Source: Wallemia ichthyophaga EXF-994
Lineage: Eukaryota; Fungi; Basidiomycota
DNA: 32,000 nt
Reading direction: 5' to 3'
NCBI RefSeq assembly: GCF_000400465.1
Contig: NW_008806286.1
Coordinates: forward strand, 305,454 to 337,453
This document shows, piece after piece, positions 10,460 to 21,588 of the stretch (its first letter is position 1; each line of letters begins with the position of its first letter). The notes beneath the pieces were generated by a model, which was not told where the DNA came from, ran no database searches, and saw only the letters and a list, made by a program, of their open reading frames with translations. Position numbers and translations under genes: made by a program.

Positions 10460-12482
10460 CCACTAAAAATTTAAAAAGAGAGGGCAGTAACGGTGATAGT
10501 GGAGATGGCGCTGTCACTGGTGATACACAGCCACCAAAAAGGCAAAAGACAGATCTCATTCAACTCACTGACGACGACATTGACAAGATCTACGATGAAT
10601 TCAATCTAGAGAGTAATCTACCACCTTCCACGAGATTGCTGAGAAATGAGTATGGTCCACCGCCGAAGAAGCTTTTTCTCCAAGAAGCTGACGCAGGTTT
10701 ACTCGAATACATGGATAGATCAGTTTCAGCAATTTCTGGTATTGTAAAGCACAGATTTACTGATTTCTTTGTTAATGAGATCAACGAGCTCGATGACGTT
10801 GTCAGACTTAGTGATTTGTCTTTACCTGCTGATCAATTGGTTGATTCACGCCTCAAAGCCCAGGAACAGGCTGACAAGCTCGATGTTAAGGTGTGTAGGC
10901 GCTTTTACTATTTCTCACCTTAACAAGACCCTAGCAATGGCCTGAAGACGCCTACGACCACCTCTCAAACAAGCTAAACAATGAAACAATCGAGAAAATT
11001 AAACATCTCACTCTTGCTGGTCCTTCAGACGATACAGTCACTACAGAATCACTCGGAGATGACAAAGAAGCGAGAAGAAGTGTTCATGATATCGTACGCG
11101 CTGTTTTTGGTGGTAGATTCGATACATCTGCTACACCTGCCTCTGAAATAACTATTAAGTGGGTCAGAGGTGGTAAACCACGCAAGGAGCCAAACCAATT
11201 CGATAAAGAACACCCTTACATTCACTTTACTCTCCAGAAAAGCAATAGAGACTCGAGTGATACTATGAATCACCTCTCACGCATGCTGAAAATTAAAGAC
11301 AAACTTATCAACGTTGCCGGTACAAAAGACAAGCGTGGTATTACAACTCAGCGCGTCTGTATCAAGAGAGGCGGCTTGACATTGCAAGACGTTTGGAAAA
11401 GAGTTAACAACGCAGGCACTGCTGAAGAGAAGGAGAGGAAGAAGTGCAGAAGGACTATTGAAGAGGCCTTATCAGAGAGGGGAGAGAGAGGCTGCAGGAT
11501 TGGTGACCTTTCGTACGCAACTAAGAACTTCGATTTGGGTAATTTGAATGGCAACAGATTTGGAATAATTTTGAGAGACGTTGAGTGCGACAGTGAGGAA
11601 ACTATCCACGCATCACTCAAAGTACTATCGGAAAGAGGTTTCATTAATTACTTTGGTATGCAGAGATTCGGTACTTCAGTAGTACCAACTCACTATATTG
11701 GATGGCTTCTCCTGAAAATGGACTGGGAAGGTGCATGTAGCAGCATACTCCGCGTACAACCCAACGAAGATGAAGAATGCGTTAGAGGAAGGAAGGCATG
11801 GCTGGATGATAACAACGCCAACGCCGCGCTCAAGATACTGCCAAGGAAAATGGTAGCAGAGAGATCAATAATCGATCACCTCAAGAAGCAACCAAAAGAC
11901 TTTTTGGGTGCATTGGGAAAAATACCGCGCAACTTACGCACAATGTATGTACACGCGTACCAATCCTACATCTGGAACGCAGCGGTTAGTAAGAGAATTA
12001 AAGATTTCGGGTTAAGTGTAGTTGCTGGAGATCTAGTGATGGAGGGTGAGCAAGTAAAAAGAGTTGAAGACGGGGAATTAGACAAATACAAGATATATGA
12101 CGTGATTATGCCACTTGCAGGCCATAACACCATGTATCCAGGTGGACAAGTTGGAGACAAGTACAAGGAGATGCTCAAGACGGATCATTTGGATTGGGAA
12201 AAGCTTTGGAGACCTCAAAGGGAGTATTCGATGGAGGGTAGCTATAGAAAGATGGTACACCTACCAAAGGATGTTAAGTGGGAAGTGATAAAGTATGTTA
12301 CAGGTGACGAGCAGCTTCTCAAGTCAGCAGAGGAGGAGATGTTAGGACTACCAGTCGACAAGGTGGAAGGGGAGAAGAGAAATACGGCAGTAAGCATGAG
12401 CTTCAACTTGGGAAGTGGAACTTATGCGACGATGCTGCTGAGGGAGATACTCAAAGGAAATGAGAAAAGGGTGCATGGGTGA
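10456..12482 (+). CDS. PUS7: TruD-family pseudouridine synthase Pus7
   Basis: Exons 10456-10890 and 10935-12482 (intron 10891-10934, GTGTGT..TAG, 44 nt). Motifs KHRFTDFFVNEI, catalytic AGTKDKRGIT, FINYFGMQRFG, YVHAYQSYIWN, GTYATMLLRE. Confidence 0.95.
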
Positions 12483-12506
12483 AAACACGCAAGATGCATG
12501 AAATTT

Positions 12507-13073
12507 TTACTTTAGTTGACTAACGTTGTCTAATCTATCTAAGAAGGATTGAGTAGTTTTGATGGAGTGCTTTCTAACATCTCTAGCTTGGTTAAACTCG
12601 GAAGGCAAGATTATGGAGTCTAATTTGAGGATGGATTGAAGGAGAAGTTCCTGTAAGACCAGTTTGGACTGCTCAGTAGGGGAAGACTCAAACTGCTCTA
12701 GCTGTGGCTGTAGAGGAAGAACGTTGTTGTTCAGAATGTTCTCAATAGTGTTTACGAGTTGCTGCTGCTTATCGATGTTCTGCGAGTGGTTGACGAGGAC
12801 CATGATGGTAGAGTTATTTGAAATTTTCAAATCGTCAAGTGATCTACTAGAGTCTCTAATGACTAAACCTTTGTAAATAAGCTTGAATTGGTCTTGTGGG
12901 ATGCTTAGCTGAGTCGATAGCTTTTCCAAGAGTTGATAGAGCGGCTGGCTTGAATTATTGAAGGGAATCTGAATATTAGAAGCCTTGTAGTTAAAATTAA
13001 TTTTTTTATTTATATTCAAAACCATTAGAAGGAATATAAGTGTTGTGAGTGTTAGAATCACGGTGACCAACAT
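12507..13073 (-). CDS. Ubiquitin-like + BAG domain Hsp70 co-chaperone with N-terminal hydrophobic segment
   Basis: UBL-like ..LSIPQDQFKLIYKGLVI.., BAG-like ELLLQSILKLDSI..ARDVRKHSIKTTQSFLDRLD, and hydrophobic MLVTVILTLTTLIFLLMVL. Confidence 0.8.
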   Translation of the reverse strand: MLVTVILTLTTLIFLLMVLNINKKINFNYKASNIQIPFNNSSQPLYQLLEKLSTQLSIPQDQFKLIYKGLVIRDSSRSLDDLKISNNSTIMVLVNHSQNIDKQQQLVNTIENILNNNVLPLQPQLEQFESSPTEQSKLVLQELLLQSILKLDSIILPSEFNQARDVRKHSIKTTQSFLDRLDNVSQLK

Positions 13074-13083
13074 CGACTAAGAA

Positions 13084-15881
13084 ATGAATTCACCGGAGAG
13101 TGTTTATATGTCCCCGTATTTGGGTGGATATAGTAGGGGATATGGCTGGACGAGTGGTAGTCAAGATGCCAATACACAGGCTATGAGCAGCACCACGGGC
13201 ACAACGGGGACAACACCGATCCCAACGAATCCAACGACGTCACTCACTCTAAACCTATCCAACGTATACAACAAATGCAACAACCTTTACAACTATAAAC
13301 CTTCTAATAACCCCCGCCGCGTACTCACAAAACCTTCAAAGCCAATTCATAATCAAGGATACGATAATCAGGATAATGACTATATTTTATATGTCAATGA
13401 TTGGTTGGGTGGCGGTGGTAACAATAATTATCTTATTATTGATATTCTCGGTCAAGGGACCTTCGGTCAGGTTGCTAAGTGCCAGAATGTAAACACTGGT
13501 GAAATTGTCGCGATAAAGGTTATTAAGAATAAACCTGCGTACTTTAATCAATCTATGATGGAGGTTACGATACTTGAATTACTCAACAATCAGTTCGATT
13601 TCAAAGACAATCATCATATTCTTCGTTTACTGGATCAATTCATCCACTGTAAACATCTATGTTTAGTCTTCGAGCTTCTCTCCTCCAACCTCTACGAATT
13701 GATCAAACAGAATTCCTTTAGAGGCCTTTCCACTTCCCTCGTCAAAGTTTTCACTGCTCAACTTCTCGACGCGCTCGTCATCCTTAATCAAGCGAGACTC
13801 ATCCACTGCGATCTGAAACCTGAGAATATCCTCCTCAAATCCCTCCAATCCCCTCAGATTAAGATTATCGACTTTGGCTCTGCATGTCATGAAAGACAGA
13901 CTGTCTACACTTACATTCAGTCTAGATTCTATCGCTCTCCTGAAGTTTTACTTGGCATGCCTTACTCCTCCGCCATCGACATCTGGTCCTTGGGTTGTAT
14001 TGCTGTCGAACTCTTTCTTGGTTTGCCTCTCTTCCCAGGCACATCCGAGTATAATCAGATTTCTAGAATCGTTGACATGCTCGGTCTACCTCCCGCTTTC
14101 ATGCTTCAGTCTGGTAAGCAGTCGGCTGAATTTTTCGAACAATATATCGATCAATTCGGACAACCCCAGTTTAAGCTCAAAAGTCTCGAAAAATTTTCTC
14201 AAGAACACAACACTCAGGAGCAGCCTTCAAAGAAATACTTCTCTGCTTCCACTCTCCCAGAAATTATCAAGCAATACCCTATTCCTTCCTCCAAGGCCAG
14301 GTCTGACAGTGATTTGCAGAAGGAGCATGCAAACAGACTGAGCTTCATTCATTTTGTTCAGGGTTTGTTGAATATGAATCCTATTGAGGTGCGTGATATC
14401 TATATTGCGCTGTGCCATAATTAACACACCTTCCAGCGCTGGTCTCCTCAGCAAGCCAGACTCCACCCCTTTATTACTGGTGAGCAGTTCACTGGAAGCT
14501 GGTCACCGCCCAACCTTCCCTCTGGAAACAAGTCGGGCTCTCCTTCAGGTTCTACTTTACACTCCAACAGCAGCGCTACCATGTCACCCAGCTCATCCTC
14601 ACAATACAACGCCAACGCTAGCGCTATGCCAACAGCCGCTCCAGCAAGCGTACCTACCACACCCAACGTTGATCAGATGAGACCTTATGGCGGTCTCCAG
14701 ACGTCAAAGTCACCTCAACGTCCGTCTTACCAATCTGCTCAGGCGTACAACCAGCAGTTGGCAAGCCAAAGCAACTATATGGGCCAGCAAACATCATCTC
14801 AAATGGCCAATGCTAATGCCTATAGAAATCCTTTCCCTCCTCCTCCCTCTGCTCAGACCAACAAAGCTCAACCTCCGCTTCCACCAGGTGCACCAAGATA
14901 CCAGAAACAAAACGTCTATCCGGGTGAGTTGGATGGTTTGTTGGTGATCAAGTATGCTAACTTTACCTTGCAGTAAGCTACCAAACTATGCCACCACCAC
15001 CACCACCACCTCAAACTAAACAATGGGGCTCAACGCAATCAGCTCACCCTGCACAGATGGATGTCATACCTCCGCAGCTCGCTAGAATCGCCGCCATGTC
15101 AAGTCACGAGAATCTCGGCAGAGGATCGTCGATGACACCAATAATCAACAGAGACGAAGCGATGCGCGAGTGGGAAAGACGTAATAAGCCAGTATCACTT
15201 GGAGGAGGAGGAAATGCCGGAGCGACGACGACAGCCGCAGTCACCACAACGCCTGGTGGGCACCAAAAGAGAAACAGTTGGCAGCAGTACCAGCAGTATC
15301 CGCAGCTTGAATATCTTCAGGAACAAGCTGAGAGGGCAGCGTCGCAGAGCTACATGAATCAAGCGAGGGCTTATGCAGGTGTAGGTATGGGTGTGGGAGC
15401 GAATGCAAGTGCACCACACCAACCCCCACCACCACCACCAGCTAGCAATATGAATGTCGTTATGGATCCCATGGTGAACATGCGCCCGGGTTACTTCGAC
15501 AGCTACACGGCACCACCCCCATCTGGAAATGGAGATATGGGTGCGATGTATGTCCCTCTCGCACAGCCACAGAATAGCATGAGTATGAATATGTATAACT
15601 CTCAACCACCTACACCGTCAAGTTACCAATCTCCAGCTACTGCCCCCGTCAATCCGAGCGCACCTGCAAGCACCACCAACGTTAACGTTAACGCTAACAA
15701 TAACGCTAACGCTTACATGATACCTCCACCACAATCTCACGCTCATCCTCACGCTCATCCTCACACTCACCCTCAAACTCACATGCATCCCCCAGCCGCG
15801 CCTCAGTCCTCCCTCGTCAGGAGCTACTCCAACTCAAATACCGCTTACTACGATCCTAGATACCCAAGACAGGCTAGGTGA
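13084..15881 (+). CDS. YAK1: YAK1-like DYRK-family dual-specificity kinase with long low-complexity C-terminus
   Basis: GQGTFGQV, VAIK, HCDLKPEN, DFG, YTYIQSRFYRSPE (YxY activation loop). Introns 14389-14436 (48 nt) and 14924-14973 (50 nt) join ORFs 13084, 14581 and 14988. Exact start is uncertain (13084 or a later ATG). Confidence 0.9.
15736..15790 (+). repeat. Imperfect 12-nt tandem repeat encoding HAHP-HAHP-HTHP-QTHM in the kinase tail
   Basis: tcacgctcatcctcacgctcatcctcacactcaccctcaaactcacatgcatcc. Confidence 0.7.
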
Positions 15882-16053
15882 GTGTGTCGCTGGACTACTT
15901 GACGAACATGACTAGAAGATGCTCGAATATGAAATTTCAAATGAGATATACAAAATGCTTCCCTGATGAATTCTTTTTTTTTTTTTCTCACACAATACTC
16001 TCATGTAAGATGAATGATTTTTTTAGATGTCTTGGTTGAATACAAGAAAAACA

Positions 16054-17832
16054 TTAGTTTACCTCTTTGGACAGAATATCGTAGTAGTTGCCATTATTCA
16101 GAGCTAGATTCTGCATCAAAGTGTGGCTAACATCAGCAGCATCATCAACACCAGCTTGTACATGCGCGAACAGCTCACTTGCAAATTTTTCACTCGTTGC
16201 TATCCGTTCTGCTGAATCGCGCGCACCGGCAAGGTTGTAGCCAGAAGGGCCCAGCTGCAAAGCGGCGAGACCGCCAGTGACAAAGAGTGGTGTTTGGTGA
16301 TCTCCAGGTATATCACTCTCCAATTCCAAATTAAGATTTTCCGTTATATGCGGCAGGCCCTGTGTGCTCTTAACTGGGTTCTCGCTGAGGAACTGTTTCA
16401 GAAAGTCTATTTTGTTTATGTCAATACTCGAGCCAGTAGCAGCGACGAGATAATCAAATTTGAGATTGTCCATGTGGTGCACGTGGGGTGTTTCGCGAGA
16501 GCGACTGGTATTCTTCCTAGTCACTGCACATACATCCCACAAACACTCATCGCGTACAAGCTTGGTTACTTGCGTACACGTGTGTATCTTGAGCACTCCG
16601 CAACTCTCCAGCTCGCGCAACCTCTTGTAGTAGGGTACGTTGACGCTGCCACCATTGCGCGCATTCTTGATCATCTCCATCCGCGCATTCATGCACTCCT
16701 CCTGCCAGAAAATCATCTTGTTCAAGTTCTGGTATTTATCGATCCACTGTGTGTCGAAATCGAACGGCTTGACGGAGATGTCTGAGCGAATCAAAAGTGT
16801 TATATCGCGCACGCCGTTCTTGTACGCTTTATCGACAACTTGCGCAGACGTGAGACTGTTGGGGAGAGTTAGAAGAGGCCGTTAATAAAGACAACTCACT
16901 CACCCTCCTCCTATCACTAACAGACGTGATCCTGGTTTTTGCAGGGCTGGTCCCGGGAAAGTATACCCAGGGCGCGCAAATACTGATGTGTGGCACCATC
17001 CTTCGCCCTCTAAACCAATCTGATTGTTATTGTGCGTTGTTTTGTCGCTGAGATAAGTTGGCAAATTTGCACAATTGTTGTTCCCTATAGCCAAAACGAC
17101 AGTCTTGGCAAGGGCATGCTCGCCATCCTGCTTGATCACCTTGAAAAGTTTCTCAGGGTGGTTCTCGTCATGGTAGTCGTAGCTGAGGTTCGTAATTTCA
17201 CCGTGCTCCACCACCCCATCCAACCCGTAATACTTCTCTATATCGTCGCGACAAAAATCGAAGAAACAGCCAGAAGTTGCCGTCTGGAAATCTTCCCGGT
17301 AGCGCTCATTAATTGGATCCTCGTTCGTCGCCCTCTTTCCGTTCTTCGCCTGTCGCTTCTTGTGCTTGCTCACCTCTTTGCCGACAACGCCGGGAATTTC
17401 CCTGAGGTGGTAATTGTTCGCGTAAGCATAGCTCAGTAAGGCGTCGACATCCCGAGGATTCGAGTGGAAGAACATAGGCGAGCGCATGTACTCTATTTCC
17501 AAACCTTTGAAGAGATTGTGAAAATTCGCACAGAACTTCTTCTCAGGCGTGCCGTTGGTGTGAGTCCATGGGCTTTTATCAAATACGCGGACGTTTAATC
17601 CACTCAGTGTGTTTCGATGTCTTATCAGTTTCCGTTTGTTGCCTTTAGGTCCACGACGGTGATTTTTCTGTTTGTTGAGAAAGGATAATCTGACATGCTC
17701 TAGGTCTGAATAGAGTGCACTGGGAGATGGCTCTAATAGACGACTGCATACTGCCAGCGAATGCGGGCCTGCGCCTATTACGATCACGTCACTTATCTCT
17801 GCTTGCTTCTGCTCTAGCTTCGGATTGACCAT
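16054..17832 (-). CDS. FAD/NAD(P)H-dependent flavoprotein of the lysine/ornithine N-hydroxylase-like (class B monooxygenase) superfamily; substrate unknown
   Basis: FAD motif VIVIGAGPHSLAV and MRSPMFFH. Intron 16856-16903 (GTGAGT..CAG, 48 nt) restores the NADPH motif VIGGGLTSAQ. C-terminal FVTGGLAALQLGP..NLAGAR. Confidence 0.75.
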
Positions 17833-18184
17833 TTTTTAAGAGTGTTTGGGTGTGTTTGACGTATCGGTAATGAGAGCTGCGCGTGAAGCCCCTAAATGCT
17901 AAGCACGCCCATGTACCACCACCGTTATCGCTGCCGGACCATCACAGTAATGAGGTCATAGCAGTAATGGCTGATCGTGTGATGTTCTTAGTGAAATATG
18001 TACGTCTCCGTTTGCAGCTTTATGAAAGTTTTGGTCTCGAATCAGTTTGTCTTCTTCCCTCACCTCCCATGACCTCTAGGGAAGGCAAGTCAAACTTCCT
18101 ACACACACTTCTGCCTTTGCAAAAGCTGACCTCGCTTAAATACAAGTCAAATACTCTAATAAATGCATAGTTTTAAAACAAAAT

Positions 18185-19317
18185 CTACTTGTAAAATGGA
18201 TATGTAGTATAGCCTTCAGCTTCGGTGGTGTAGAATGTCTCTGGATCCGCTTTGTTAAGTGGCAAGTTGTGTTTAGCCCTCTGTGGCAAATCTGGGTTAG
18301 CTATGAATGTTTTACCAAACGCAGTGATATCATCGGCGCGCTCAGATATCTCATTCGCATCCTCGAGCGACTTGTTCTGGTTGCTAATCACAGAGATCCC
18401 CTTGGCTCTGACGACGTCCTTGAGTATATCGCCGTGCTGAAGATCCTCAGGCGTCGATCCATCAATAAAGTGAATGTAAGCAAGCTTGTGTGCATACGTG
18501 TTGACAATCTTCTCGACCAATGGCTTGAAAGTGGATAGTGGTGAAAATTCTCCACGTTCACGCATGCCTTGGAACGTACCGAAGGGGCTCAAACGCAAAC
18601 CAACGCGGTCAGCGCCAACTACTTGAACCACATTCTCAAGAACTTCTAGAGCAAATTTGTAGTCATTTGCAGCTCTGTACTCATCTGTGCGCTGATTAGA
18701 TATATGCTGAATAAACTGGTCGATGAGGTAGCCATTTCTAGCGGCGTTTTAGTGGCGTTGCGACTGTTTGTAGAAACCACCTACGCCATGTGAACTTCTA
18801 CACCATCGAAACCAGATTTTTGAACCGCATTAAGTGCAGCTTGGCGATAATGATTAATGTAACGCGCGATATCGTCTTTTGACATTTCGACGACGTCATG
18901 ATTGTCGTATTGTCCGGCACTTGGTCCGACAACCTTGGCACCGACTGTCTGTGAAGGCTCAGGGTTAGCAATCCTTCCAAGGGCCCAGAGTTGCGAGAAG
19001 ATGTAACCGTTCTTGTTGTGGACAGCTTCAGTGACCTTTTTCCACTGCTCGATCTGATCTTGGCTCCAAATGCCAGGCTCGAGATTTGCAAACGCGGAGC
19101 CAGTCTCCTTAGCGATCAAAGTCGCTTCGGAGATGAGCAAACCACCTTCTGTGGCTCTCTGCGAATAATAAGTTGGTACGATATCTTTTGGAACGCCTGG
19201 ATCTCCATCAGCGCCCTTTTGGGTTCTGAGACGAGTCAAGGGTGCTAACGCGATTCTGTGATTGAGGTTGAACGCGCCAACTTGCTTGTTTTTGAATAAA
19301 GAAGCGTATTTTGACAT
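18185..19317 (-). CDS. Old yellow enzyme (NADH:flavin oxidoreductase / ene-reductase)
   Basis: RIALAPLTRLR, YYSQRA..GGLLISEAT, QLWALGR, GFDGVEVHMA|NGYLIDQF across intron 18738-18784 (47 nt), VGLRLSPF, FIANPDL, TFY...GYTTYP. Confidence 0.93.
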
Positions 19318-19644
19318 TTGGATGTTGCAATAACTCCAAGGCGGTTAGAATTGATTATAAATCACAGTGAGTGCAGATTTTCACTCAAAGTTACCAAGAG
19401 AAGTTAGAAGTATCTGATAAACATTGATAGGTAATTCAGTAGCTCAAGAGAAATATTAGCCACATAAATTGCAACATGATATATCTCAACGATGATTGGT
19501 TGAATTATTTAAGGGACAACCCGGGTAAGGAATTGAATAGGACGATTGTATAAGTTTTTTGGAAGTATAAATAAATAAAATTGTCAAGTGATTTCATAGC
19601 CTTTGGAATTGAGTGTAAATTAAGGTTGAACCGGTACAATCAAA

Positions 19645-20399
19645 ATGCTGAGAATAGCAAACGCAAATAAATTAATGAGATCAGGCTATACAGCCATTAG
19701 AACGTCTGCAAGGCTCGCGCAAGCCAATCCAGGCCACCTCCATGCAGATCAACCACCGCCACCTGCGAGGATGGACACCAAGCAATCAAGGCCTACAACT
19801 GAGGCTGGCTGGGATAAGCCACAGGCACACGGCTGGAGCACTCCTTCTACATCCTCTAAAGGCAAGGAAAAGGAGGTGGAATCGAACCAGGCTGCAGCAC
19901 AACCAGCACAGCCAACAGGATCAACAGAATCACAATCATCTACAACCCCGTCCAAACCAAAATCCAGACTTAAAGCCCGTTCAGCTGCACTTCAATTGGT
20001 GAGCAACATGATTAATATATCGTTATCCGCAACTAACAAACGTCATAGTCCCAGAGTGCGGTTGAACAGCTTCGATTCTTAAGCTCATCTAGAGGCGAGC
20101 TATTGAGAGTTGGCGTCAAGAACAAGGGATGTTCTGGAATGTCATATCACTTGGAATATGTCGAAAAACCAGCCAGGTTTGATGAGGTGGTCGAACAAGA
20201 TGGTGTAAAGGTCTTGGTGGATTCTAAGGCTCTATTCTCCATCATTGGAAGTACCATGGATTGGGTTGATGACCGGTTATCGTCAGTTACGCTTTTGCCA
20301 CTCTATCTATCTAACAACGTTCTCAGATCCAAATTCGTTTTTAACAACCCAAACGTCACAGAAACGTGCGGATGTGGTGAATCTATGAGCTTTAGTTGA
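19645..20399 (+). CDS. ISA1: Mitochondrial A-type Fe-S cluster assembly protein Isa1
   Basis: Presequence-like N-terminus. Introns 19999-20048 (50 nt) and 20282-20326 (45 nt). Motifs LRVGVKNKGCSGMSY, SKFVFNNPN, CGCGESMS. Confidence 0.92.
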
Positions 20400-20775
20400 G
20401 CTTCTTGTGTTGTCTTTTATATCATTCGGCTATATCCGAAAAATTTCATTTTGCATGTATATGTTGATACATTTATACGTAACGAATTATTAACACTATG
20501 TTACATGGCTTATACACGTTGTACCGGTTTTTAACCTCTCACATCCTGTCGACAGCACTTGTCATCGGCTAAAGACGTGCACATTGGATACATCCAAATA
20601 TTTATATATTTATAGATAAAAATAATTAAGAAATGTAAAATTCGCATGGGTATCTTTGAGCTAGATTAATAACGTACGAATAAGGGTTAGCATTATCGGT
20701 AGAGATGACAAGGCTGGTAAACGGTATTGTATCCAGTTGCACTGTATTGCATTGTAATGCGCTATCTTGCGTATA

Positions 20776-21464
20776 TTATTGTGTGCGCTTTTTGACGTTG
20801 GTAGATAACCAAGACAGTCCTGAGCCTTGTCAGCGGATTCTGCACGGACGCGGATTAACCCACCTTCAAACAATCCTTCACCTGTAGTTGCACAAGATGG
20901 GTGCACGTACCAGCTACGCTCGCGCATTTTATGCAAACCGAGCTTTTCAGTAACTTCAGCAGGACTCATAGCTGTGGAGTTAGTGAGTATACAGTAGACG
21001 TGTCAAATAGCGCATCTTACCACCTGGTAAGTCTTGCTTGTTGGCAAAGACCAGCAACAGACAATCCCTCATTTCACGATCACCAAGTATTCTATGCAGC
21101 TCTTGCCTAGCTTCCTCGATTCTGTCGCGGTCTTGGGAATCGATAACGAACACTAATCCCTGTGTACCTGTATAGTAATGCCTCCATAGTGGTCTGATTT
21201 TGTCTTGTCCACCAACATCCTAAGGTTAGAGTCAGAAAGTGCAGCGCACCCAAACTCAAAACACACCCAAACGTTGAATTTTACATTCTTATACGTGACG
21301 GTCTCCACGTTGAATCCTACGGTTGGTATCGTTGTCACCGATTGATTCAGTTTCAACTTATAGAGTATTGTAGTCTTCCCTGCAGCGTCCAATCCAAGCA
21401 TGAGCAAGCGTAGCTCCTTCGTCTTCCATAGGCTGCTTAAAGCCTTACTCAGATTTGATCCCAT
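20776..21464 (-). CDS. ARF6: ADP-ribosylation factor 6
   Basis: Four exons (introns 21220-21266, 20972-21020, 20820-20863). Gly2 myristoylation site, GLDAAGKT, Arf6-type [26 protein letters not shown]. Confidence 0.93.
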
Positions 21465-21588
21465 TATCTGCTATATCTAAATTTATTCCGTGGACTTTGT
21501 TGACCGAACTGAGTCAAAGCGTATTGTCAAATAGCGCAAAACGTCTCGGTTATTTGAAAAATAAATTATAAAAAACTATATTTATATT

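Noticed and set aside
15973-15990. Poly-T run resembling a terminator
   Set aside because: Eukaryotic convergent 3' UTR region. There is no Pol III gene upstream, and bacterial terminator logic does not apply.
17883-18170. 95-aa + strand ORF between the monooxygenase-like gene and OYE
   Set aside because: GTG start and no recognisable domain. It occupies the probable promoter and terminator space of minus-strand genes.
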